A stretch of 62,240 nt of DNA, the filler included, from Choristocarpus tenellus KU-1152 (taxonomy: Eukaryota; Protista; Phaeophyceae): NCBI GenBank assembly GCA_964200185.2. It is 12 parts of 12 records of this genome, joined end to end, with 100 filler letters (N's around TTAATTAATTAA, not from the genome) between each part and the next. Parts side by side here need not be neighbours in the genome. Positions count along the whole stretch, not along the records: positions 35,680 to 39,267 come from CAXNAD020019087.1; positions 39,368 to 43,519 come from CAXNAD020015960.1; positions 43,620 to 48,449 come from CAXNAD020012902.1; positions 48,550 to 51,091 come from CAXNAD020026919.1; positions 51,192 to 58,017 come from CAXNAD020007261.1; 7 more parts are not named here. One strand, 5' to 3'. Position numbers and translations under genes: made by a program. This document shows, piece after piece, positions 39,241-52,427 of this stretch (positions within the stretch are counted from its first letter, which is position 1; the number at the start of each line of letters is the position of its first letter). The notes beneath the pieces were generated by a model, which worked only from the letters and a program-made list of their open reading frames with translations, was not told the DNA's origin and did not search any database.

Positions 39241-39919
39241 GAAAAAAAAAAATTGAAAATACACATTNNNNNNNNNNNNNNNNNNNNNNNNNNNNNNNNN
39301 NNNNNNNNNNNTTAATTAATTAANNNNNNNNNNNNNNNNNNNNNNNNNNNNNNNNNNNNNNNNNNNNCCCCCTCCCAGATACTTTGGGTCAATACCAACC
39401 CTAACCCTAACAAAAAAAAATTGCCTATATTTTGAACGCTAATCCCAATCTGCCAAGAGACATATTTCACCTTGCATCGAACATGTTGACGTAGTTGCAA
39501 TTCAGCGGCTAGCATCTGAATTGATTACAGCGAATTCGACCGAATCTTTTCCCGAAATTGGAACATGGGTTGCAGTTGCATATGTTGGGAGTAATCAGAC
39601 AACTGATCCGAAATAGAAGCAAGATTCCATTACACGCACCACAACATCCGTCTGTTGACTGTGGCATGGTGACACCTTCGATACGCACGTGTAAGGGCTC
39701 TGATACCATTGGAACCTTTTTGATAAGGTTCGTATCGCGTCGCAATGCAATCTGGATACAACTCGCATGATGGTATCATCACGCGCGCGTTTCTTAGTCC
39801 AAAAACCCCGCTAACCCTAAACTTAGAATTTGATTGTTTCTACTGACCAGCAGAACATACCAAATTTGCACTTAGAAGTACGTTCCAAAATCGACATGTA
39901 CGTACCACACTGGTGCATT

Positions 39920-40512
39920 CATGCTTTCACTTCTGCGGTTCGACGTAATGCTTCCTGCTCAGGATTCTTGTTTCAAATCGACATACACACTCCCCAACCA
40001 CCTTGCCGCGCTTTGGAATTTGATGGCCTTTACCGTTCGAGAGAACACATCAAATTTATTCATTACTATCTGCCATATGTGTCAAGCACAAACCTGCGCA
40101 TGGTTGCCCTCCCGACATCCAACCCGGGTCAGCGCAAAAATTCCTTTTATCTTCATCTTTCCTTTTGCAGTTCGACGTAATGTTTTCCTGCTCAGAATTA
40201 CTGTTTCAAATCGACACACACACCCCCAACCGTCTTGCCGCGCTTTGGAAATTGATGGCCTTTACTGTTCAACAGAACACATCAAATTCATTCATTACTG
40301 GCTGCCATATGTCAAGCACAAACCTGTACATGGTTGCCCTCCTGACATCTAACCCGGGTCGGTGCGTAAATTCCTTTCATCTTCATCTTTCACTTTCACA
40401 ATTCGACGTAATGTTTTCCTGCTCAGGATTACTGTTTCAAATCAACACTCACCCGCCCAACCGTCTTGCTGCGCTTTGGAAATTGATCGCCTTTACCGTT
40501 CGATAGAACACA
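39920..40512 (+). repeat. About 232-bp tandem repeat, 2.5 copies
   Basis: TTCGACGTAATG recurs at about 39939, 40171 and 40402 with colinear flanks. Confidence 0.9.
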
Positions 40513-40646
40513 TCCTCAGCGAGGAGGTACTCAACGGAGTGTGAGGTTCATTATCTCATCTGTCCACTGTATTCGAGTTCGTATCAAGCCACCTCACATT
40601 AAACGCCCTGATCGCGCACATTAATGTAACCCCCTAAAATCCACAG

Positions 40647-43041
40647 GTGAAAAGGGACCTCGTGTTGAGGGAGGATGTGGAGGAGGGTACAAAATACCTG
40701 GACATCGTCAAATACTCTGAGGTTGTTACCCTGAACACCAGTGACGAACACACAGGCAGGCAATTACATCATTGTACAACATCGCCATACGTTAACATCA
40801 AACATCGTCCCCTACACCAAACACACAACCTAGACCCTCACAGATCTTACCGACGTTGGACAGTTTGACAGCGTGCATTGTCACAGGGTTCTCAAGTTTT
40901 ATATGTTGTGAAGTTGCTCGTCGAACAGATTGATTAATATTTCGCTGTGTTTGACCAATCGACAGAACCTGGCAAAAGAAGGGGAATTATGTCGTGGGAA
41001 GTTGCTTGTCGAACAGATTGATTCATACTTTCGTTGTGTTGCACCCATCGACAGAACCCGGCAAAATAAGGGGAATTATGTCGCGGTTCATGTACTATAG
41101 TCCTATATGCATCCTCTTCACCCTATGTTACAAGCTCTACTCGTCTTCCTGATTTATGGGCTCGAATAATCCATCCATCTTTTCCTCAGCCTCTGCCTCC
41201 TCCTCTGTATCCTGCCTCGCTTACCTTCTCACCAACCTCTATCTCATCCCTTGCCTCCTAACGCTAACCCCTCTTCCAGTTGTTTTGCCTCGTACTTTGC
41301 CACGTCCTTTGCCTACTCCTCCAACACCATCACAGAGATAACACGAGTCACAAACATTTTGATCACAACAGAGAAAAACGCCATGTCGGAGTATGACCTT
41401 GACAAGTTCAAGTCCGAAACGAGCGCCACCCATGAGAGAGAAGTCACCCTTCTCCAGAACCGACCAGGAGGCAAGGTAATCACATGCACCACCCTCGGGG
41501 ACAACCTAGATCCGGATCATATCAAACTCCTCATGGACCAACTCTCCACCTTCCGCAATTTTGCACTGGTGAAGACACTGGTAGCTGGTGGCGTATCCAC
41601 ACCTATACCTTGTGGAAGACCCAACCCACCAGGTGATGAAGAGGAACAGGATAACCCATCACCTAGCCCTACAGTAGGTACAGGAAGCAGGACTCTACAA
41701 GGAGGAAGGCATACAACCACACCCTCGGAACACGACTCTGAAGGCGATGGGGATCGGCCCATTTGTAACGCTTTGTCAGGTCCAGAGGAACTTGCACAGG
41801 AGGGCGTGAGGGGGCAGCTAGGTAGGGACTCAGAGTCCACGCCTGTCAGGAGTGACCCATGTATGTCCCCAAACGCCCATTCGGTGGGCAGCGGCGGCGA
41901 TGAGTCGAAGGTGCCAGGGAACACCTACGACCATACTGTGGGGCGAAGTGAGAACCACGCCCATGCCCATCCAACCACAACACTGAGGGACAAGCCTTCC
42001 GTGAAAGGTAATGGAAAGAGGAAGAGGAAGATAATTGGGAAGAGGTTGAGAGAAGACTCTGAAGGCGATGAGGACCGACCCGATTGTGACGCTTTGTCAG
42101 GTCCAGAGGAACTTGTACAGGAGGACGTGGGTGGGTGGCTAGGCACAGACTCAGAGTCCACGCCTGTCGAGAGTGACCCCAGAATGTCCCCAAGCGCCCA
42201 TTTGGTGGGCAGCGGCGGCGACGAGTCCCAAGTGCCAGGGAACACCTACAACCATACTGTGAGGCGAAGTGAGAACCACGTCCATGCCGATCCTACCCCA
42301 ACACCGAGGGACAGGCCTTCCGAAAAGGGGAATGAAAAGGGGAAAAGGACGATAATTAGGGCAAGAAGAGGGTGAGAGAAGGTACTGGACGGATGAGACC
42401 CTTCAAGCAGCCTCGTGGTCCTGATGGCAGCGCTTTAGAACCTGGCTTCTTTGCAGACTTCTTCGCTTCTGCCAAAAAGGGCAGATTGCTGTAAATCCGT
42501 CTCCATCTACCTCGAGGTACAACAATGACGACGAAAGGTCATTGCATGGTGATGACGATTGTGTCACACAGGACGCAGCCGACTCCGGCGATGCATCCGA
42601 TGTGGGGATCACTGAAGCCTTCATGGAGGCGTGCCTTACCGAGCTCCTGCGATCAGCTACGAAACCTGCTCTTCGCAGTATCGAGTGCAGACTCAAATCC
42701 TCACCCAAGTCATATACGACCATGGGTTCAGGCTCATCAAGGCCAGTAAAGGGGCCGTTTCTCTTGTTTTCAGGGATGAATGCAGCGTCCACGAGCCCAC
42801 AGGGGTTAAAATCGGCGATCGTGGAGGGAAGCCAGGCAATACGTTGCATCCCGAGCATGTGGATGCACTCCATGCGAGGAAGGCCAACTTCCTGATTCTC
42901 GTGAAGCCCGAACCTTGGAACAGCAGGTACTCCACACGCCTAAGTCTATGGCACCTTCTTGTCGAGGCATACCCTAAGCTCACAGAGTGGTGGGAGAAGG
43001 GTGACGAATGCAATTCCGAGTCCGCCCACCAATTGAAATAG
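40647..43041 (+). pseudogene. Disrupted gene of unknown function (possibly transposon-borne) with a 321-bp internal tandem duplication
   Basis: Exon-like 40647-40755, long ORF to 42375, then coding-like frames 42542-43041 broken by stops and frameshifts. Duplicated unit DSEGD...KRKII starts at 41734 and 42055. Confidence 0.45.
40909..41084. repeat. About 88-bp direct repeat, 2 copies
   Basis: GAAGTTGCT.GTCGAACAGATTGATT...GGGGAATTATGTCG occurs twice. Confidence 0.85.
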
Positions 43042-43467
43042 GACTTCGGTCGTTTCGGTTTTTTGTTGAAGTACGGGTAGAGTTACAGGTACACTGATTT
43101 ATGCATCAGTGTACCTTGCCTTGGTGTCCGACTACCATGTTCATGCACTTTCCATTCGATGAGTTATGCATTTAGACAGTAGTATCAGATACATTGCTAC
43201 CAGTCAGAGTCGTGAGCGTATCATATATCATGCTCATGTTGAGGATTAGACCTGTGTTATTATTTGTTTAAAAGAGTGTGTCCAATACAAGGCTTAGACT
43301 ACTAAAATATAAAACATCGATTAAACAACTCTTCTCCATCTTCTCAGCTAACCCTTCCAAACAATTTGCCAAGGCCTGTGATGGATACCCTGTCCTTCTC
43401 AAAGCCGCTGATTATTCCTTGAACAATATAACGCACCTCCCCCCTGCTTCTCAATACTCTATACACT

Positions 43468-43519
43468 GAGTGAAACTATCTTAGAGGGTACGAATTTTTC
43501 CCTGTTTGTCCATTTGTGG
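43468..43519 (+). mobile_element. MITE family A left end, truncated by contig end
   Basis: GAGTGAAACTATCTTAGAGGGTACG...GTTTGTCCATTTG. Confidence 0.8.
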
Positions 43520-43819
43520 NNNNNNNNNNNNNNNNNNNNNNNNNNNNNNNNNNNNNNNNNNNNTTAATTAATTAANNNNNNNNNNNNNNNNNNNNNNNNN
43601 NNNNNNNNNNNNNNNNNNNGGATTTTAAAAAAATAAAAGCATATTCCTAATGCCCGTCACAAGGCCTTCCACAATACGGGCTTCATGGGTTTTTTTGCCA
43701 TTTTTTCTTTTTTGAAGAAAGAGGGCTCATATTGGGGTTCGAACCCTGGATTGTACGTCACCAAGAGTGGCAACAGATGCACTATTACTTGATTAAAGTA
43801 TAGGGCTTAGGTGGGGAAA

Positions 43820-44160
43820 AAGCCTCCCCACCCTTTCTTCCTGTGTGTTCGTGCACCCACTCTTTGACCTCGGCAAAGATGTCCTCGTCGACGCCCAGGA
43901 CGAAACTCCTCTAGTAGCGCACTTGCTCCGATACCTTGATGTGACCATTAGTTAGGAAGTCTCTCTCCCATTTACTCACAGTTTCTGACCTGACCTTCGC
44001 ATATCCTGCTGCCATCTCGACTGCCGTTTGACAGTCTTTCCCGTCGTTCATACAGGTACAGGATTCGCAGTGTTAGAGCCTTTACTATAACATTTCCTCG
44101 TCGAGCGCCGGAAATGAGCGTTGTCCGTGTTTCCTGGGCGGGTGATATTTCTTTCATCAA
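43820..44160 (-). pseudogene. Remnant N-terminus (HTH-like) of a probable IS630/Tc1-related transposase
   Basis: MNDGKDCQTAVEMAAGYAKVRSETVSKWERDFLTNGHIKVSEQVRY*RSFVLGVDEDIFAEVKEWV; motif resemblance only. Confidence 0.4.
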
Positions 44161-45411
44161 GGCACAAGGGCGAGGGAGGACAGGCTTGAGTTGATCGAAA
44201 ATTGTGTTGATATCTCGAATGAATGCAGGCTGGGAGGAAGCCTCTTAATCAACTTTATACATCCAACCCCAAGTCCAGGAACAAGAGTGAATGTACGGCA
44301 CCTTGCAAGAAGTGGGAGACACCAAACCACTGGTGTGCACAAAGTGTCAATATCATCTCCTCTTCCTCCCTGGTGTCCACATCGATGGCTAACTACACCT
44401 GCTTCGCGAACTCTTCTAAGTAAAGGATTTGGTGGTATCGAAAAGTATCCACAGCTGCCTTTGTTACGATCGATTTCTCCTCCGTCTTGCGAGCCCTCTC
44501 GACCCTCTTTCGGGCTTCAGTGCCCTTATAACCCAGCCCTAGCACCTTCCTTCTCCTTTCCTCAAGCCACTCCGACTCACACAGCTTCCAGACAGCCAGA
44601 GCCTGCTGCAACTGTTGACTACTAAGATATTCTACACCTGAGCACAATGGCACACAGTCGCACTGCTCTCTTCCCCGATCTTCCCTTCGGACGGCCACCA
44701 CGGTTCACCCTTTGCCCACTGCGACCAGGCTTCCCCACAGACTTCGCCACTGTACCACCTGGTGATGGGCTCACCGCTCTCTTCCTGCTTTCCTGAGGTG
44801 GCAGAGACTGCAGAGCAGTGCTCTGTCGTGGTTGAAGATCCAACCACATTTGTGTGATAATGCTTTTCATGTATCTTCTCTCAGCGTCAGTATCACTGCC
44901 GCATGATCCATTTCGCGATTTGATCATGCTGCTTCGCCACACTACACACACTTTCTCGTCACCTAACATTGCAGTGAGTTTCACAGGGTACTTTCTTTTT
45001 CCGTCGCCTCTCGATAGAGAAAGTGCCGAGGGTAGATCCAGGGAGCAGAGTGGCCTCTGTGGCTCTCCTTGTGTCGCCGTCGTGGTTCATGTTGCTGTGT
45101 GGGTCACGTGTGTGTGTGCTCACAGAAGTCTGCAAAAATATGAGAAAAATGTGTCCGGAAGTCTTGTTTTTTTTTAGGCTTTTATTTCGGTAGACTGCAC
45201 GAACCGAAGTTGGGCAACGACCTACCCCAGACCAGTTTTCTACAGGGAGTTCAGCCAACCACTTCATTTTTGTACGATTGCACCGTATATGTTCCCCCGT
45301 GTTTTTTCCATTCTTTGATCGGGACATAGTTCCAGTTCACCGAAGTTTGTACATTCGTGGATATAAACCTTCAAAAGGTCTTGTCATTCCCTTTCATTTG
45401 ATCTTTTTAAT

Positions 45412-45775
45412 TCTTATTATGCCCTCTGACATTTTGTAGATGTGCCAGAGGGAAACCAATGAAAACTACACAGATTGTCAGTACAAGCCCTAAAGAAATA
45501 AGATGTCATAATTGTGAAAAACCCTAATTCATTTGTTACTTTACCGCTATTTATATTGTACTTACTACCTTCCTGTGTCCCCAATCTACCTATACCTGTG
45601 CCCCGAGAGGAGCTAGGGAGGCATCCCAAGAATCCAATAAACCCCTCCGTGCTTATCTCCCAGCTGATTCCGCCTTGAAACGCATGGCACGTCTAGGCAG
45701 TGCCACTTGAATAGTTACGAAGACAATTTGACGTAGTCGGGATTCAACTAGTCCTTTCCTGCCATATCCTCCCGC
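45412..45775 (-). mobile_element. CRE-like non-LTR 3' fragment
   Basis: Reverse-complement homolog of about 35750-36130, including TTATGCCCTCTGACATTTTG and GGCATCCCAAGAATCCAA. Confidence 0.75.
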
Positions 45776-45776
45776 T

Positions 45777-46023
45777 GAGTAAAAGTATCTTAGAGGGTAC
45801 CTGTTTGTCCATTTGGGACTTGGCTTCCCACAGGTGTTTTATGACATTTTCCTACTCCGATATGTTTCGGAGTAGGTAATATTTATATGTTATGAAAAGG
45901 TGTGTCCGGAGCAAGGATATTGACACTTCCTCAAAAGCACGATAGTCAAAATTACAAAAAATCGGAACATTGGATTTTGACCCCCAAATGGACGCGGCTC
46001 TACCCTCTAAGATACATTGGCTC
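45777..46023 (+). mobile_element. MITE family A
   Basis: Both TIRs are present but there is no TSD; it joins a CRE fragment to a truncated Gypsy RT, suggesting an adjacent deletion. Confidence 0.85.
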
Positions 46024-48449
46024 GGACCAAAGTTGGCAAAGGCTAAGGACATGATTCTTTGAAATTGCCAAGGGGCATTTGATATCCCAAAGGGCATCCT
46101 CTTAAAAACGTATTTGCCTCTGGACGACAAAAGCGGTTTAATCCATGTCATCCTCAGCAACAGGAATTTGCCATGGTACACGAACTGTTGTGAAATGAAA
46201 GACGTTCTTCTTGCCAATCAAGGATTGCATCGAACACTGAGCATCGTAACACTGAAATATCAAGCAGAATTTTATCGGGACCAAGTTGGGGAATCACTAA
46301 AGCTTCAACTGGAAATGTGGTGTCGCCAAGTGTAAGTGCAAAACGAATAAATTCACGAATATGCAAATGTGAACCATTTGCTGCACGTAGATTTATTGCA
46401 CCAGGTGGGACAGGATGCACATCAAAACGTTTCAGTTGAGGGTGATTGCGAATAAATATTTCAGAAATACATGGTACATCATTGGCTGTGTCAATTGTCA
46501 AGTCATTTTCCTCTTGTTCTTCAACGGTGCCAGATACACAAACTCTTTGTGATGAAAACGACAAAGGTTTGGGCATGGATGGGTATCTGCACNNNNNNNT
46601 CGTTATATTTCACGAGTTTGGTTGAACTAATGGCAAAGAAAAATGCTTAGTGACACGCGTGCAGGCAATAAACGATGCCTGCGGGGCAAGAGGTGTGACT
46701 GGTGTCAACCTCTGACGCTTGCCACTCCCTACAATGGTGTCAACAACAACACCATGACTGTTCCCAAGTGGACAGGAGTCAAATCCACCTGGGCATCCCT
46801 AGGGACGCAGACCATAATGGCCAGGAGTTGACTCACTGTCCTTATGAACACGAACACGACTGCCACGACCCCTGCCTCTACGACGCAAGTATGGCAAACG
46901 AGCACCCCGCGGATTGTCCAGGCACGACTGGGTTGTGTGACCCTCACGAGTCGCTGCCTGACAACTCGGGTACTGGTACACACTATTTTTCTGATCCATG
47001 GTGTACGTCGACCTGGACGGTGAGGCTGAGTAGGGTGACGTGTCTTGGGGTCGTGTTGGTCTGTCAAAGTGCACGGCTGAGGGAGGTGGACCCGCCGACG
47101 ACTGAGCTGGGGCCCTGTTGAGGGTTGCCTCCCCTACTTGATGACGTTCCACCTCCGTACGTAGCCTTTGGCACTCACGTTGTGATTACTCAAGTTTGCT
47201 ACGAGGAACCTGTCCGCGACGAGAATTGTGAGTAACAGCACTTGTGTAAGTCATGGGGTTGGGGTTATGACCAGACAAATGGTTAGCTTCATGCCGTTTG
47301 GCACGGTCACGAGCTTGTGCAAATGAGGAGGCAGGTTCATCCCGAATCATTTCAAGACGAATCGCAGGGAGTAAGTCATCTTCCATCAGCGTAATCTTCA
47401 ATTGCTCGACAAGCAAAGCTTTTGTGTCAACCGCATCTGAGGACGACATTATGCAATGAACATCATCCAAAAAAGATTCATGGCTGCGGTGCAACGTAAA
47501 GTATACTGATCAACAGATTCATTCTCCCCCTGTTTCAGAGACATCAGTCTACGAGCTGATACAAATACAGCATGGGCAGGGGTAAACGCAGTGATCAGGG
47601 CTTTCTGGACATCCTCCCAAGTCTTTGGTGGCGTAATGGGAATGGGAACGTCAAGAGACGACTGTAACCGAACCAAATCACTAGTTGAACGCCACTCTAC
47701 GGTGCCTGCCAATGCCTGAAAGTAAAATGTTTCAGCTGGTCCTTGAAGAATTTTCGGTAAAAATCTACACATTGAGCATTGATTGTCTCAGGAATGCGGT
47801 ACCATACTGCCTAGAGTACAAGGAAATCGCCACATGCCATTTGGAAAACAAGAGTGGTAAATTTTCCTCTCCCGAACCTGTAATGACAAGACCAGATGGT
47901 ATTTCCGAAGCGGAAGACCTGAAACGACTCGCTTCTGGTATTGATGATGGGCGTGCGACGCTGCTACTTTGTTCAACAGTTCTTACGCGATCGGAGTCCA
48001 TTCCCCGAGCATGAAGTTTCATCAGGTCCTGAAGCCATCCAGGAAGCACAGTATTTGTTCTGGCGCACTCGTTAACGTGGTGCACGATGTACGATGGCAC
48101 AGAGTCCCCGAACTGTGCCTGTGACGTGGCCACCTCACAAGTAGTTAAACTTGGGGGTGGGACTGGTTCTCCCTGAAAAACGACCCGACTAGTGTCACGG
48201 TCGCCCAAGCTAACAAGATGCTCGAGGGTCGATGACACGGGTATGACAGTTGCCTGTTGATCTTTTAAAGGGGAAGGGGGTGATCCATGTCTTCGTTCGG
48301 CATCTTTTGTCCGCTTTTGAACAGAAATGCCCTGTCACCCTATTTCTGAGGATACTGGTGTCGCCAATGTGAATCGTGTGATTATGTGGCGGCGTGGTTC
48401 ACGCAGGCAAGGGTGGCGAGGAGAATCACCGGGCAAGACGGACCACACG
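46024..48449 (-). mobile_element. 5' part of decayed Gypsy element: LTR end 48449-48368, PBS 48366-48356, gag about 48240-46800, aspartic protease 46576-46154, RT fragment 46150-46024
   Basis: LTR...CACA followed by T-TGGCGACACCA. Gag-like PKTWEDVQKALITAF...LKQGENESVDQY. Protease IDTA...LRAANGS...ILLD. RT GKYVFKRMPFGISNAPWQFQRIM. Internal deletion between protease and RT. Confidence 0.9.
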
Positions 48450-49711
48450 NNNNNNNNNNNNNNNNNNNNNNNNNNNNNNNNNNNNNNNNNNNNTTAATTA
48501 ATTAANNNNNNNNNNNNNNNNNNNNNNNNNNNNNNNNNNNNNNNNNNNNGGGGGGATTGGAAAGGGGAAGGGAAATATATTTATTTTTGATGTTGTGGTT
48601 GGGTTGGGTGGGGTGGGGGGTGTGGGGAGGGGGAGGGGGGATCATCATAAAATGGGTTTTTGAGCACATGTACATGTAGGTATGACCTTCATGTTTGTAT
48701 TTGTATTTTTTGATTTGTTTAGGTGAGGTGTTGTATCATTGAGTGTGTAGTGTTTGGATGGAGCGTAGTGGTAAAGAAGTGTCGATGAGTTGGAGCCGTG
48801 GTTCTCAATGGGGGTGGCTTGTGCTGTGTTTTGTGTGCGATGACTAGGGAGTGGTTTGTTGTTGTATATTGTTTGTTCTTTTGGTCAATACCCTGTGGGG
48901 GGTATGGTTTTGATATCTGGTGTGGTGGGGAGAGGTCAGTAGCTCTTTCTGTTTTGGGTGTTAACTTAAAAAAAGTGAATGTATTGGTATATATATATGA
49001 TTTAATATAGTGATTATATTGGTATGTGTATGTGATTTAATAAAGGGATTATATTGGTATATATATGATTTAATATAGGGATTATATTGGTATATATATG
49101 TGATTTCATAAAGTGAATATATTGGTGTATATATATATTTATATATAGGAAATGAATGGGTAAATGGTGTATTTTTTGAAGTTGAAATTTAAATATCTAA
49201 ATATCTAAATATGCAATATGTGCCGAAGTAGAGTGTTTTTTTGTTTTTTTTGTTTCCTGTGGCATTTCGAGAAATGATTTGATTGGTGTAAAATTTAGCA
49301 AATCTAGCAATTGTTTTCTTATATATGTACAATAATAATAATAATAATAATGAGCTGTACCTTGTGATGCTGTCTGCTGTCACACCTGTGGTTGCACCTG
49401 CAGTACTGATGATACTAGTCTATTATCATATCTACAACATACACTAGTTTATTTTTATACCTACAAACGTTTTTTGGAGTTTTTTTTGTTTTGTTCAAGC
49501 CTAACAAAAAATCAAAAAAATCAAACCGTGAATGAAATGCTAACATCCTTTTTTCATTTTTCATTTTACATTTTCAGAAATGTTTTTTTTTTAATGTATG
49601 TACACTAACTCACACTCATTTCCTTTTTTTTTGTCAGTAACTGCCACCGCCTCCTCGTTTGTTGATGAGCCTCCTCCCCTCTAATTCCCCGTGTCCTTAA
49701 CTCTCTGACAG

Positions 49712-50985
49712 GATCATGAGATCTACCGTCAATGGGTGACCCTTGTGGATGATGAGGATCCTGAGGACATCGGCGCTCAGGGGTACCTACAGCTGTCCAT
49801 TGCCATCATTGGACCTGATGATAAGCTCAAGGCAAGGCATAAGAAAATGGAGTGGAGTGGAGTGGAGTGGAGTGGAGTGGAGTGGAGTGGAGGGGAGGGG
49901 AGGAGAGGGGAGCAGCGGTCGGCGAGGGGGGAAGATAGGAAGACTCTTTGTTTTGTTGGATGGAGTTTTAATTATTTCATCATTTGTTCTTGTAGGCAGT
50001 TTTTTTGTGTGTATTGGTTAGTTCGGGTAGAACTTTTTTTTTGTTTCTTACTGTTTTTTTTTTCTGTTTTAAGGTCTTCAAAAAAGCAATGAGATTATTT
50101 GCGATTTTTTTAAAATTTTATTTGTGGTTTATTATTTGTTATTTTTATTTGTTACTGGGTGTGACGCAACTCGATGCGCGAAGCGGTTGTGTAGTAAAAG
50201 AGTACGTAAATAATTCATAGAAGATTTTTTCCAAGAAAATAAAATATTTTTTTCCAAGAATATTTAATATTTATTCCAAGATTAGTATAAAATATTTATT
50301 CCAAGAAGAGGCGTAGAATCAAAATATATAAGAAAAATGTTTCCTTGCAGGGGATGAGATCATGCCCACATGTATGCATGCGCTGCATCCGATCATGTAT
50401 GAAAGGAAAGCATTTAGTGTGTTTTTTTAAAGTGTAAATTTGTACTCTTTTGTGGTCAAGAATTTTATGTTATTTTTATGGCAAATGAACGCCAACACAC
50501 TTTTTTGCAAAACCTGTTGATGGACAACCTGGCGTTGGTTTCAATAGTGTTGTGAAGGGGTAAGGTTTAGGGTTAGGCTAGCACGATAGTCAAATTCCAA
50601 GAAATTTCTCCTTGCTTTTTTTCAGTGTGTGTATGTGTGTGTTGTACTCCTCTATCCCTAACCCTATGAATGTAGTATGTACTCGATGAGACGAAGTTAC
50701 AATTTTTTTTTTTCAAAACTAGAACAAAGGATTCGGATCGATCGATTTATTGAATGTTTGATTCAATTTGTTAAATAGGTTCACGATGACGAGGCAGCCA
50801 GGAAAAAGGAACGAGACCAAGAGGCTGTTGATGGCGGGATCGATGGCATGGTTATCATGCCTCCTAAAGTTCAGCTGGAGAGGCGTTGGCTTGTCAGTAC
50901 AGGATACAGGGCGGAGTTCCTTCCGGTTATGGATGCTGGTGTAGTGGGGGTTCCTGGATCTGGGGGAGGCGATTTCTTTTTCCAG
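49712..50985 (+). CDS. Ferlin-family multi-C2 protein, two internal exons (49712-49831, 50779-50985)
   Basis: DHEIYRQWVTLVDDEDPEDIGAQGYLQLSIAIIGPDDKLK|VHDD...VIMPPKVQLERRWLVSTGYRAEFLPVMD matches the ferlin C2-FerI-C2 junction; phase-0 GC-AG intron. Confidence 0.85.
49848..49892. repeat. (GGAGT)n microsatellite
   Basis: Direct inspection. Confidence 0.95.
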
Positions 50986-51191
50986 GTGTGCGTGTGTCTG
51001 GGGTTTGGGGGGGGGGGGGGCGGTTGGGGGGGAACGGGGGGGTGTCAGGTTGTGTGTGTTTTTGATTTTTAGAGTAGTGTAGCGTGTTTTTNNNNNNNNN
51101 NNNNNNNNNNNNNNNNNNNNNNNNNNNNNNNNNNNTTAATTAATTAANNNNNNNNNNNNNNNNNNNNNNNNNNNNNNNNNNNNNNNNNNNN

Positions 51192-51252
51192 AAGCCAAGC
51201 CCCAAACAGACAAACAGGGCAAAACTTGTACCCCTCTAAGATACGTTCACTC
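51192..51252 (-). mobile_element. MITE family A end at contig start
   Basis: ...CCCTCTAAGATACGTTCACTC. Confidence 0.75.
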
Positions 51253-52246
51253 CAGAGGCTTTACCACTGACACTTTATGGCCATCCATGTGCTGTGTCCT
51301 GACAGATACCACTCTGTACTAAAGGGGCATATAGGCATAAAAATAGCTAGCCTGCTATTTTGTTGGATCATGCCATTTCCTATCGATTTTCCTCTTGAAT
51401 TTCATCCTTCTTCTTCCATCTTGGTTATATGCTTTCATCCCTCTCACCTCTCTACCAAACTTAATATTGATTGACACTAACTATTGAAACCTTGCAAAGT
51501 CTTGAATCATATAGAAGATGTCATCAATCAATGACTACCTTCTCCTTACTTTACATCTTCAGGGGTTTACTAGAAATTTCAATAAATGGATTCGATCCTC
51601 ATCATGGTTACACATCCGTCAAAACCTCAGCACGCCAGGAGGATACACAACCCCACTTTAGCAACTGCCTCACCGAGAAAGGTAGTCTCTGATTAGAGGG
51701 ATTGCAGCCCCTTTGGCGAAACCTATGGTCTTCGAACAAGCAGAAAACCAACACCATCGTCATAAAACAAATCACGTGCGCAATCGCTACATACCTCCGT
51801 ATTCCAAGGTTGTCGAGAGAAAAATGGAAGGCCGGTGTTAGCAAGTTGTCAATAGTATCCCACCACATCAAATTTGCATGCACTGTGAGAACTCTTCGTC
51901 TCTTAGCATGCTCCTCCACAGGGACGTTCCACATACGACTGGTTTCTATACGTGTAGGTAACTCCCATGGCTTGGCAGCCTCCTCGGTTAGGCTCTCTAG
52001 CTTTGTTCGCAAGGAAAAGGAAATATTTCATTGAAAGCCCGTTACACTATCAAACACCATGTGCAGGTCGCTGTAATCAGGTCGACACTCTCTTCTCTGT
52101 TACTCACAAGCTGCTTCCATGAAGACGGCCTTGGCGATACGTTCAACGGATCTGAGAAATAGTTGAATTAACAATGGAACCCTTCAATTAACGAAGGATA
52201 GTAGAGTCGAATTTATAGCACCATGGACATGATTGCTCTCCGCTCT

Positions 52247-52427
52247 GGCTCAAAGTATCTGGGAGGGGGTTGCGGCTGTCCATTTGGGGTCAATTTTTTC
52301 ATATCGCGATTTTTGGGTGATTTGGTAGCCATACGTCGGATGGATAATGCAGATGCACTTTTTCCGATTTTGGTCCAAATGGACACCCTAGTGTTGACCC
52401 CCCCCACCCCCCCAGATACTTTGGGTC
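52247..52427 (-). mobile_element. MITE family B
   Basis: GGCTCAAAGTATCTGGG...CCCAGATACTTTGGGTC; short flanking duplication (TCT or CTCT). Confidence 0.85.

Noticed and set aside
43722-43800. GGTTCGAACC B-box-like motif
   Set aside because: No foldable cloverleaf or clear A-box; at most a decayed SINE.
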